Position numbers and translations under genes: made by a program. A DNA stretch of 64,000 nt from Hydrolagus colliei (lineage: Eukaryota): the NCBI GenBank assembly GCA_035084275.1, contig CM068745.1:33480001-33544000 (forward strand), written 5' to 3'. How positions within the stretch are numbered: the stretch's first letter is position 1; the number at the start of each line of letters is the position of its first letter. Below are positions 35,950-47,001 of the stretch, piece by piece. The notes beneath the pieces were generated by a model. It saw only the letters and a program-made list of their open reading frames with translations, had not been told where the DNA came from and made no database searches.

Positions 35950-37370
35950 TAAAACCACATTGCTTGTCTTTGATATTGCTGTGCGGCAAGCTTTCCTGCT
36001 GCTTGTCCAGCTAGGACCACCCTACCTGTTAGGGCTATGGCTTGCTGGGTTAACAGTAGGATGACTCCCTTCCCCCAGTGAATGGCCTGCTTTTCCAGGT
36101 CCTGCTGATGAGCCAAGTTGGCCATGCTGTCCGTAGCAGTCACTTGGAAAATTGCAAACCCGACTAGCTCAGGAACTAGACTATTTGGTCTGCCACAGAG
36201 GGCTGGATCGGTACCGACAATCCTTTGTCAGGCATGTGACATTGAGCCAGTTCAGTTCTACGGAAATCCTACTTATCTCCTCCCCAAGGAGTATAGTTAC
36301 TAGTTTGCCTTTTGACATCCAATATGCATCCAATAAGCATGGGTTTGAGTCTTTACTAGATGTAGGATATGAAGAAGGTACTCGTTGCAAACTTCCTGGT
36401 GGGCAAAGCATCTCAGCATGAAATACGTGAGAGCGTTGCCACCGTCTTCATGTCCGAAGCTTGGCCAAATATCCCTTCCCATTGGGAGATGGTTTTACCA
36501 TTTGGAGGTATGGAGTTTAAGCAGCAGCTGCTTACCTCTCTGCAACCCAATCAGGGTAGATCCCAGGCACCGGATGTACGAATGTGTATTCACAAACTGG
36601 GACTTCAGGTAACGCCTTCCAGGAGATGTTGCCCCAAGGCTCAGTTTCCTCATCAGCTGTCTGGTGGACATCTGCCTTTAGCATGGTCGGCAGACCTTTA
36701 CACAACAGCTTGTGATGTGCTAACCACCTGGATGATCTTGACGTTCAAGTCCAATGCCTTATAACCACTGCATTGGACTTGAACCAGCACCAGCTGCTTA
36801 ATCCAGATCCTCATGTGGGAGGCCTTGGCAAATAGACATATTCATTGTGAAACCGTCTTCACTTCCAGGGTGCTTCGCAAATGTATAGACTGGAGCATTC
36901 CATCTATGCACCTGCTTTTCGTGTTTACCACAAATCCATCTAACTGCTTGATCTTGGACTTTTCAGATGAGTCGGAGGAAGCCTCTCCACTACCTCCATA
37001 GGAGTTCAGATTAATAAAGGAGGGTGTTTTCATGTGCATTTTGGCTGCTGCCCTGTTTCATGTTGGCTGCTGCCTTGATCCAAACAACAAAATGCCCCCA
37101 TTTCTACTCCCAACCCTCTGCTGCCCAACCTCTGTCCTTCTCTCCCATTGTCTTCCTTGCCTTCTCTCTCTGCTGGACTCTTCCACTATATCCCTTTGCT
37201 CCAGCCCGGGCACCCTGCTCAGGTGGCACATGTCGTTGGTTGTCCTATAGCCAGCCCAACTGCCCCATTACCCACACTCTCTGCAAGACACTCCCTGCAT
37301 CCAGAAGATTAGGAAAGAGTTTCGGAAGATTATGTTTCAACTGTATACGGTATTCCTCAGCTGGTGTTTA
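35950..37370 (-). mobile_element. Possible heavily decayed L1/Tx1-like LINE remnant
   Basis: This is a GC-elevated single-copy block. Broken minus-strand frames give, in the expected order, WDLP*L, a decayed Cys/His-knuckle-like stretch (..TYFMLRCFAHQEVC), TILLG and ALCGRPNSLV. These recall Tx1 ORF2 C-termini, but the similarity is weak and judged by eye. Confidence 0.3.
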
Positions 37371-37629
37371 GTAATGTTTTCTTCTTGATTTGTAGCTTTC
37401 ATTATTATTAAACCTGTGATGAAAATTATTCTAGAGCAAAAATGATTTGCTATGTAAAAGTGCTGTGGGTTCACTCATCCTAATTGCAATTGTAATGTAT
37501 AAAACAGATCCGCTGAACTGGGAGACTTTGTGGACTTAATGATGTAGGCCCTACATGTTTCATTTAAGATAAGCTATGATTGTAGCTGGTTCCTAGACAA
37601 TAGATTTGCTTGCACACATAAAGCTTACT

Positions 37630-37938
37630 TGGAGCCCTGTAGCTCAGTGGTTAGAGCACCCGCTTTACAAGCGAAGGGCCTCGGTCCAACTCCAGGCAGC
37701 GCGAAACCTTGGGTAAGTTTCCTTACTCCACACGCCTGATAACAATCCTTCAAAAAAAAACAATTTGGTCACTCAATCCATGACTGTTGGTGAGACACTG
37801 CTGTGCACAATTGGCTGCCGTGTTTCGCCCACAAAATATACAGTCAATTCACTTTACGGTATATTCTGTGACGTGCTTTGAAACATCTATAAGATGTGAA
37901 AAGCGCTATATCAAATGCAAGGATTATTATTATTATTA
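37630..37938 (+). mobile_element. Full-length tRNA-derived SINE
   Basis: It runs from tggagccctgtagctcagtggttagagc to gtgaaaagcgctatatcaaatgcaaggattattattatt. Confidence 0.93.
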
Positions 37939-38599
37939 CTTGGCTTATTAAGTCGGCAGCAATACAGCAATATTTGTATCTGAAGTTGCTTGCAGCATTC
38001 TGGATTATTTTATAGGATAGGTAGGATGGTGAATTGCTAAAAGTCCATTTATTTGTAATTCACTATTTAGAAAAAACTTAATACTGTGCTTATGAGACTG
38101 TTGTTGGGCATTCAAAAAATACTGGGCAAGTTATCATCATCCAAGGAATAGAGCAGCGCAACAGTTAACAAAACGGTGGAGAGGGGGCGGGAGGGAGTGG
38201 AGCGAGGGGCAGTAGCAGCGGATAATTTGAAATAGTGATTCACTCCTGGGGTCAGATGATTCAGATGATGAACAACCTATTTTGTTCTTGCAGGTTACAA
38301 TATCAAATGAACCTCTTGATTGAATTGCTGCCTTGTGTCCACTCCAATCTATCCATAATCTCATGTAACTTCCTCAAGTAGTACTTGACTGCAGTGCATT
38401 TGAAAGCATTGTAATGAAGTGAATCATTAAAATTAAGGCTTGGGCTTAAAATGCGATGTTGTTTTTCAATGGGCAAAAAAGTAAAGATAATTAAACTTGT
38501 TTGCTGCTTCAATTAATGCAAAGAAAGTATTGAAACAGAGTTGACCAAGAGCAAAGAAGCTACTGTTTCTCTCCTTGCAAGTGTAAGTGCTGTTTAAAG

Positions 38600-38697
38600 A
38601 GGATCAGCATGGATTTGTGAAGGACAGGTCATGTCTGACTAATCTAATTGACTTTGTTGAGGAGGTAACTGATATGGTGGATAAGGGAACTGCTGTA
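38600..38697 (+). mobile_element. Isolated CR1 reverse transcriptase fragment
   Basis: It translates as QHGFVKDRSCLTNLIDFVEEVTDMVDKG, the CR1 RT motif. Confidence 0.85.
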
Positions 38698-39256
38698 TTT
38701 GCATACAAAACATACAGTCGCCCCACTTTACAGTAGAACCTGTGATGTGTTTTGGGACATGAGAGGTGCTCTATGAAACGTAAGGATAATTATGATTCTG
38801 TTTCAATTTAGCCACATTTCTTGTTGAACAATAAGATCCTATAAATGTAATGTTACATTTCCTTGCTGATTTGAGCTAGTAATGCAAAAACTACACCAAG
38901 ATTTACCAGTCTGATTAAATGGGAAATGGTGATTACATATTCAAATTAGCTGCATAAAACACATGTTAAATGAGCCTTTGTGATTTTATTTGGCTTGAAA
39001 GGGTAATTCGCTTTTTTAAAAAAAACACAACCCTTTAATTTTGCAATATCCTACATTTTCAGGATATTTCAAAAGCGGCCCAATCTTGTTACTCAGTCAA
39101 CTGCATTTAAATATTTAATCGTTCTCTCTTTGAATGGATTCACTTTGAAAGGATCATTTAAAAAATGCTTTAATACTGTTTTGAGCTATTTGCATTTAGA
39201 ATCAAACTGCTTTCGTTTTCAAATCAGAACCATGACAAATTCTACTCTTTCAACAT

Positions 39257-39575
39257 TGGAGACCTGTAGTTCAGTGGTAAGAGCACTCATCTTGCAAGCG
39301 AGAGACCTGGGATCAATTCCAGGCAGGGCGAAACCTTGGGCAAGTTTCCTTACTCCAAACGCCTAATAATAAACCCTCAAAAAAACAATAATACATTGGT
39401 AATTTCAATCCACGACTGTATGAGGGACACTGCTGTGCGCAATTGGCTGCCACGTTTTGCTCAGAAATATGCAGTCAATTCAACTTCCAGTGGATTCTGT
39501 GAACCACTTTGAGACATCTAGAAGATGTGAAAAAGCCCTATATCAAATGCAAGGATTATGATTATTATTATTATT
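39257..39575 (+). mobile_element. Full-length tRNA-derived SINE
   Basis: It has the same head, body and (TAT)n tail as the other copies. Confidence 0.92.
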
Positions 39576-40949
39576 GGTTGTAACTTTCATCATGTTGGTA
39601 ATCGTTAACAACTGGAAAACTGGAAATAGCATAAAATTATACTAGGCTATTAGAGAACATTGTGATAATGCTCCAGGAAGTTGTACTATGGAATGGTAAG
39701 CCATACAATTATGGGCACAATTCTCTACACAGTCAACTTTAATCTCAGATGTGTCATTAGGGACAAATCTCTGCAGTCATAAAGAGCTTCTATTTAGGAG
39801 GAAAAGATAAAAATAGATTATTTGAGATGATTCTTTATCACTCCTGTACACTGCTGGGTGGTCAGTTGTAGAAAGGTCTGAAAGCAGGTTATCATCTCCT
39901 TGTCTCTTGTCCAGGGGCTATTCCAAAGCATTTCACAGTTTATAACACTGATGCCCTTGTAATATATGAGTATGAGAAAGGAGTAGAAGCCTCAAGATTA
40001 TCCCTTCTAAAGATTAGCTCCAATATGCTGCTCAACCTGAATGGTTCTATATAAATGCTACTTTCTGTTGTTGTACATGTATATTTGACTGTATTTGACA
40101 TTACCTAATCTTCCGAGGGAGGTGACGAGTCATAAACCAACAAAGGTTTGTGAAACTTCTCAGTATTAAGACATTTCAGCAAACTTTCCACAGTATCAAC
40201 AACAACAAATTGTATTTCTACATTGTGCAAATATCAATCTAATACAATCTATATTATTCCAGTTTGACCAGGTGCATGGTACATTCATGCTGACACTAAC
40301 ATGGAAAATCACATTCTTCAGAGTATTTGATCATCCAGGTCTATACTTATATTTAATTAAATTCTTAACCATATATTTATCGAGCTGCATGGTAACCATT
40401 TACATCTGTGCTGTCCAGATCTCTAATTGTTTTAAAGCATTGGAAAATCTCCTGTTATTTAATCTTTTTTTCAAGGCTCTTCAAAATGTAGCTCTTCAAT
40501 TAAGTGTCAAAATCATCCCCATCACTCTTCTGTGAACTTTATCCACTGTCTTGTTTTATGGCACAATGCCCTAAACTGCACACATTACAAATATACACTT
40601 TGGCATTTGATTTGTCTTGTTAATAACAGCTTAATGTTGACTTGATACATTCTCTTAATGGTTGACAATCAATCACATTCAAATCTTTTTCTACCGCTGG
40701 TAATAAACTCCCATTCAATGAAAATACATTCTAGATTTCTTGTACATTTACATTTATCCATTTTAAAATCAAAATCTATTCTTTAGTTCATTTAATTGGA
40801 TAGATTAATTTGAAAGATATCAATCTGCCTTTGGACTGGCAACCTAGCTATTCAGCTCAATGGTGTCACCAGCATAAAATCATAATATTATAGGATTATA
40901 ATAACACACCCTTTCTGTTCAGTCAAAAGCTCTTCACTGTTCTCATAGT

Positions 40950-41558
40950 AGAGTTCTATGCTCAACTGTTAAAGCACTCGCCTTGCAAGCGAAAGATCTG
41001 GGTTCAATTCCAGGCAACAACCACAACATTACACGTATAGCGCCTTTCACGTCAAGAGGACATCCCAAGGCGCTGGACAGTCATTGTTTCAGACCCCAGC
41101 TGGGGTCAGGGAGGGTGGAGGAAAAGGGGGGGATTTGGGTTCACCGATGGGACCGTTGAAGGGGAGGGTCTTGAGGTTGGACTTGAAGAAGACTAGGGAG
41201 GGGGCGAAATGGAGGGATTGCGGGATGGAGCTCCAGAGGTTAGGGGCAAAGTGGCTGAAGGCTTGCCTGCCAATGGTGGGGCGAATGGGTCGGGGTCATG
41301 GAGCAGGCCAGAGCCTGCTGAGCAGAATGGGCAGGCAGGTTGGTAGGAGGGTTGGGAGGTCACAGAGGTGAAACCTTGGGTAACTTTCCTTACATCACAT
41401 GCCTGATAATAATCCCTTGAAAAAATAGTAATAAATTGGTCATTTCAATCCACGACTGTTTGTGGGACACTGCTGTGTGCAATTGGCTGCTATGTAAAGC
41501 GTTTTGAGATGTTCAGAAGATGTGAAAAATGCTATATCAAATGCAAGGATTATTATTA
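40950..41558 (+). mobile_element. SINE split by an antisense L2 3' fragment (~41015-41367)
   Basis: The SINE head ends ...ggttcaattccaggca. An L2 reverse-complement tail and body follow, then the SINE resumes at gtgaaaccttggg. Confidence 0.88.
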
Positions 41559-42755
41559 TGTTATTGTACATTTGCTTGTGTTCACAAAATTAAATGCAGA
41601 ACAGATGCTTGTAAGCTTGCCCCCCCACAACAGGGGGTTATCAATTTATCTCTATTGCCTTCTTACTTTTTATTCCAGTAAAAATAATTTAACCTTAATG
41701 CAAAGGCTCTTGTCCAAAATGAAGTACAGCAAATTATATCTGTTGCACAATTGAAATATTCTTGCAGAGTTCTGCAATATGATCTATCTAAATTCTGACT
41801 ATTATTGGATGAACGCTGAAAGTCATGATAAATGCTCTTAAATACTTTTTCTTGCTACAGATGTTTGAAAACTGATCTATAATTCCCTGAGTCACATTTG
41901 ATTCTTTTTTGAATTCTGGTATGCTATGTTCCAGTCCTCGGTAAAACTGTTTATTGAGCTCTAAATATAGTAAGAGTTCAATTTATTTACTTGCTCTAAA
42001 TATTGAAGAGCTGCATTTATTTGCTTGCTTATTTCCTTGAGGATTGCAAGGGATCTACCAGGTCCTCGGAAGAAGATATTGAAGACTTTGAGCTTCTTTC
42101 CTGAACACATGCTTGAATAACCTTAAGTACATGTACAGTACTTGTACCAGCTTGACTGGAGCTATAATTTTAATCACTCTTCATTGTTTGAAGCCTGATG
42201 TGAAGAATTCATTTAACAAACTGCCACCGTTTTTTCTGATTCCCAATGGAATTCTTAGAACCAATATAACCCCTTAAACAACAACAAAATTACATTTATT
42301 TAGCACCTTTCACATCGGGGGTACCAATGTGCATAAACATCCCATCTGTTTCGTAAGCACTTTTTTTTATAGGCATGGCTTAATAATACATCCTCTACTA
42401 TCAATAATCTGATTTTCAATTGTCCTCTTAATACTCATATTTGTTTTTCTCAACTAATGTTTTATAACTCCTGGTATCTTCTACTTATTTTTGTGTTTAC
42501 TTTAAAAATGAATTACTCTAGCCCTATTTTGGTTTCCCCGTATGCTCCCAGCTATCCCAGTTATTTTTCTGTGCTCAAACTGGCTGTTATTGGGACATCC
42601 TCCCAACATAAAAGGTGCTTAAGAATGTAATTTTGTTATTGTTGCTGCTATATTTGCCCACAAATATAATTACCACACTTTATAGTGTGTCAAATGTATG
42701 GATTATGATTATATTTGATCACATATCCTGTGTGTTGAGCATTCCTGTTGTATAA

Positions 42756-43066
42756 TGTGGCTCAGTGGTTAGAGCACTTGTCTTGCAAGCTGGGGAGACC
42801 GAGCTGGGGAGACCTGTGTTTGAATCCAGGCAGGTCAGGGCGAAACCTTGGGCAAATTTCCTTACTCCACATGCCTAATAATAATCCCTCCATAAAAAAC
42901 CACAATAATAAAATTGGTCATTTCAATCCATGACTGTGTGTGGGACACTGCTGTGCGCAATTGGCTGCCGCGATTCGCCCACCAATATATACAGTCAATT
43001 CACTTTACAGTATATTCTGTGAAGCGCTTTGATAAGATGTGGAAAGCGCTATATCAAATGCAAGGA

Positions 43067-43101
<35 letters not shown>
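42756..43101 (+). mobile_element. tRNA-derived SINE, duplicated-head subfamily, with a long (TAT)n tail
   Basis: The head has aagctggggagacc-gagctggggagacc. The tail microsatellite spans ~43070-43101. Confidence 0.92.
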
Positions 43102-43740
43102 ATGGGTGGGGAATGGGAGAAACAGCAAGTAAATAACCCATATTCAAAAGGTAAGACACCAATGCCAAAGAAAGCATCAGTCAAGTAGTAAAAAGCTAGC
43201 AAGGACCATTTCAACTGACACCATTTCAAAAGCAAGGATTTCAGATTATGCTTATCAAATGGTTAAATGTATATAGGAAGGAGTACAAATACCTGTTACA
43301 GCATTAAGATAAAGCCATTTAAAAACAAATAAAAGCCTTTTAAAATAAAGCCATTTAAAAAAAATTGTAGCCAGTTTATAAAGCTTTCCAGAAATATATT
43401 TGATTTGTAAAAGTGATTCTGACAAGATTTATTCCACGGACAAATCTGAACTTTGCTGCCGACAGGGTTTACATCACACATGGAAAAGCCAAAATGTTAT
43501 CTTTATACAAGTGAGATAGCAGTTAACACATTTGATGTGCAAATTAGCTTGTCCATAATTGAGGCACAGTAACATCATCTGCAATTCACAAATTAATTGT
43601 AGAGATTGATGAAGTAAGATAAAAGCATATACTGTATATAAAATGTATCAAAATAAAATTATGAAAGGTGCTCTGCATTGTGGCTTTCATGTGGTGCAAA
43701 TTGGAGCAAAACTGAAAAGCATTATTTGATGTGTTTACAG

Positions 43741-44497
43741 CAGGGTCCGTCGATATCGAAATTTTCCAATTTAGATATATCGATGGGCTCATATCGAGAT
43801 ATACCGAAATATCGATATTTTCGGGTTTTTCGTACTGCGCGCGCATTCAGGGTGCGCACACATTCCGGGTGGGCGCGCATTCGGGGCCTATTTCCTCAGG
43901 AGGTAAATATCTTTCTCTCTCTGTGTCTCTCAGTCTCTCCATCTCTATGTTTTTCTGTCTGTGTCTCTGTGTCTCTCTCCCCTCAACCCCCAGCCGTCTC
44001 TCTCAACCCCCCAGCCATCTCTCTCCCCCTCACCCTCCCCCCAGCCGTCTCTCTCCCCTCACCACCGCCCCCAGCCATCTCTCTCCCCCTCACCCTCCCC
44101 CCAGCCGTCTCTCTCCCCTCCCCCCCCCCCACCCCAGCCGTCTCTCTCCCCCTCCCCCTCCCCCCAGCTGCCTCTCTCCCCCTCCCCCCCCCCCGCCGTC
44201 TCTCTCCCCCTCACCCCCCACCAGCCGTCTCTCTCACCCTCACCCCCCCCACCCCCCAAGCCGTCTCTCCCCCCCCCCCCCCCCCACCCCTTGCATACCT
44301 GTATATTGTATTCGAGGACTATGAATACAATATGGTGGCTTTGCACCTCAGTCTGTGCATTGTGTATAGAGATGAGCATTCTGGGTCTTGTAGTTCAGTG
44401 TGCGCGAATTCCGATTTTTTCCCTCGATATATCGATATTTTTGAAATGCCTATATCGGCGTATCGATATGAAAATTATATTGGGTTTTAGCGATATA
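43741..44497 (+). mobile_element. hAT minisatellite MITE lacking its right TIR
   Basis: The left end is CAGGGTCCGTCGATAT. The TSD gtttacag lies at 43733-43740 and 44498-44505. The right end stops at ttttagcgatata. Confidence 0.9.
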
Positions 44498-45629
44498 GTT
44501 TACAGTATGTGGTGTGTTGTTTGATAGACAGTTATGCAGCTGACAGTAATATAGATGAAGTACTGCACTACTTGTGATGGGAGTCCCTTGTTTGTCTTTC
44601 CTTGTTTAATTTACATGAAACAACTCAAATCTTCTCGGAATCAGGAACAATGTGATCAGTTTTAGGGAACAATTTCTGGAAAGGGTCTTGCTTTTTTCTC
44701 TTCTCTTTATCTATAAGCTTCTGAAGATCAGGCACAAAGTTACTCTGGGGTCCCTCATGCTGATTTGCATGATGAATGATTAAATAGCTTTTTAATTGCT
44801 GTTAAATTATTCCAGCTAAACTGTGATTTCATGCAAATTTTAAGCTGTAATGACATGCAGTGAATCATTTACCAAGATTTAGAACCTGGAACAATGCAAG
44901 TCGATTAATTCTAATTCTGAGACAGTGGAGAATTATGTGTAGCCAGTTTTTGTGAATGCACCCTGAATTCTTTGTTATAGTTTTTGTAGTTGAGGAGGAT
45001 TACTGAATTTGGCAAATCTAAGTTATTCAGTGTTAGAGATAGACATAGCTGTTCTCTTTCACTACTGGAGATTACTATTAACAAATAGATATTTTAGCAA
45101 CTCATACATTCATAAGGTGCTCTGAGACCTTGGCAGAGGTTTAAAGTCTTAGGCCAGAGTTATAGAGATTCAAGTCTACAAGTTGATGAGATAAAGGATC
45201 CTGTTTTAAAATAGCAAAATGATTGAAGAGTTAATCTGACTGACTAAAGGTACGTTGAATTTGTTATTCAGCTGCATCTTTAATTAACTTATTCATTAAT
45301 GATGCTCCTTGGATTGTTCTTGAAAATAGAAAATCCTTATGCATCCATCGAGGTGAACACGGGCAATGAGTTAAACTATATGTCAACTCCAATATTACCG
45401 TCTTCCTGCAATGGCTTAACAGCTACAAGTTCATTCTCAGAAGAGCAGGAAACACGGTTTATTAATCATCTTTTTATGATACACTATCTCAACAAGTACC
45501 CTTCACACCATAAAGACAATTTAAACTTGCGTAAACGCTCTGGATCCCAAGTAGCCTCCATAGGTTTGTGGGTAGCAATGATTCATGTGGTTGCAGCAAT
45601 GTGGAATATCTAGCAGCCAAGTTATGTGT

Positions 45630-45990
45630 TCTATGGACTTTAAGGATCCTGTGACACTATTCAAAACAAGAAGGGAGTTTCATCCTGTTGGTATTCGGGC
45701 CAACCATCACCCAAATACAATTGGTCATTTGCTTCATGGCTGTTTCTGGGACATTGTTGTATGCAAATTGGCTACTGCATTTGCCCACAAACACACAGTT
45801 AGTACACTTTGTGGTACATATATATTGTATGTATATTCTATTAAGTGTGTTGAAACATCCTCCTGATGTGAAAGACGCTATGATGACAGGAATAATTCTT
45901 ATGAGAGTCTGTGCCAGATGTGAGTCTTATGAGAGTCTTAGATGCCGCTGGGATGGAGGGCGCTATATAAATGCAAGTTGTTATTGTTGT
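45630..45990 (+). mobile_element. Old Deu-domain SINE with L2-like tail
   Basis: taaggatcctgtgacactattc...ttggtcatttgcttcatggctgtttctgggacattgttgtatgcaaattggct...gcgctatataaatgcaagttgttattgttg. Confidence 0.7.
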
Positions 45991-46024
45991 AGGCTACTAA
46001 AGGGTTGGATTATTTCCTTCTAAC

Positions 46025-47001
46025 TAGGGTCCGACGATATGGAAATTTTCCGATTTAGATATATCGATGGGCTCATATCGAGATATACCGAAATATCGAC
46101 ATTTTGGGGGTTTTCGTACTGCGCATGCGCGCACAACGCGCGCATTCGGAGTGCGCGCGCATTCAGGGTGTGCGCGCATTCGGGGCCTATCTCCTCAGGA
46201 GGTAAATATCTTTCTCTCTCTGTGTCTCTCACACTCACTCTCTCCATCTCTGTGTTTTTCTGTCTGTGTCTCTCTCCTCTCTCGCATCCCCCCCATCTCT
46301 ATCTATCTGTATATTATCACATCCACCCCGTCTCTCCCTCCCACTCCCCCACCACGCCGTCCCTCTCCCTCCATCCCCACCCGCCATCTCTCTACCCCCC
46401 CCAAGCCATCTCTCTCCCCCCCCCACCGCCTCCAGCCGTCTCTCTCCTCCCGCAACACCCCCAGCCATCTCTCTCAACCCCCCCCAGATGTCTCTCTCCC
46501 CCCCCAATCCCCCCAGCCATCTCTCTCACCCCCACAGCCGTCCCTCTCCCCCTCACCCGTCTCTCTCCCCCTCCCCCTCCCCCCAGCAGTCTCTCTCCCA
46601 TCACCCCCCACCAGCCATCTCTCTCCCCTCATCACCCCCCCCAGCCATCTCTCTCCCCCTCACCCTCCCCCCAGCCGTCTCTCTCCCCTCCCCCCCCCAG
46701 CCGTCTCTCTCCCCTCACCCCCCCCCATGCAGCCATCTCTCTCCCCCCTCCCACCCCTTGCATATCTGTATATTGTATTCGAGGACTGTGAATACAATAT
46801 GGCGGCTTTGCACCTTGGTCTGTGCATTGTGTATAGAGATGAGCATTCTGGGTCTTGTAGTTCAGTGTGCGCGCATTCCGATTTTTTACCTCGATGTATC
46901 GATTTTGCGATATAGCGATATTTTTGAAATGCCTATTTCGGCGTATCGATATGAAAACTATATCGGGTTTTAGCGATATATCGATATATCGCTGGACCCT
47001 A
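46025..47001 (+). mobile_element. hAT minisatellite MITE, longest copy (977 bp)
   Basis: Ends are TAGGGTCCGACGATAT and ATATCGCTGGACCCTA, with a perfect TSD cttctaac (46017-46024 and 47002-47009). Confidence 0.94.

Noticed and set aside
37630-37700. tRNA-like sequences (TAGCTCAGTGGTTAGAGC...GGTTCGAATCC; anticodon TGC or TAC) at many SINE 5' ends
   Set aside because: They are always followed by the same SINE body, lack a proper acceptor stem and vary in the anticodon. They are SINE heads, not tRNA genes.
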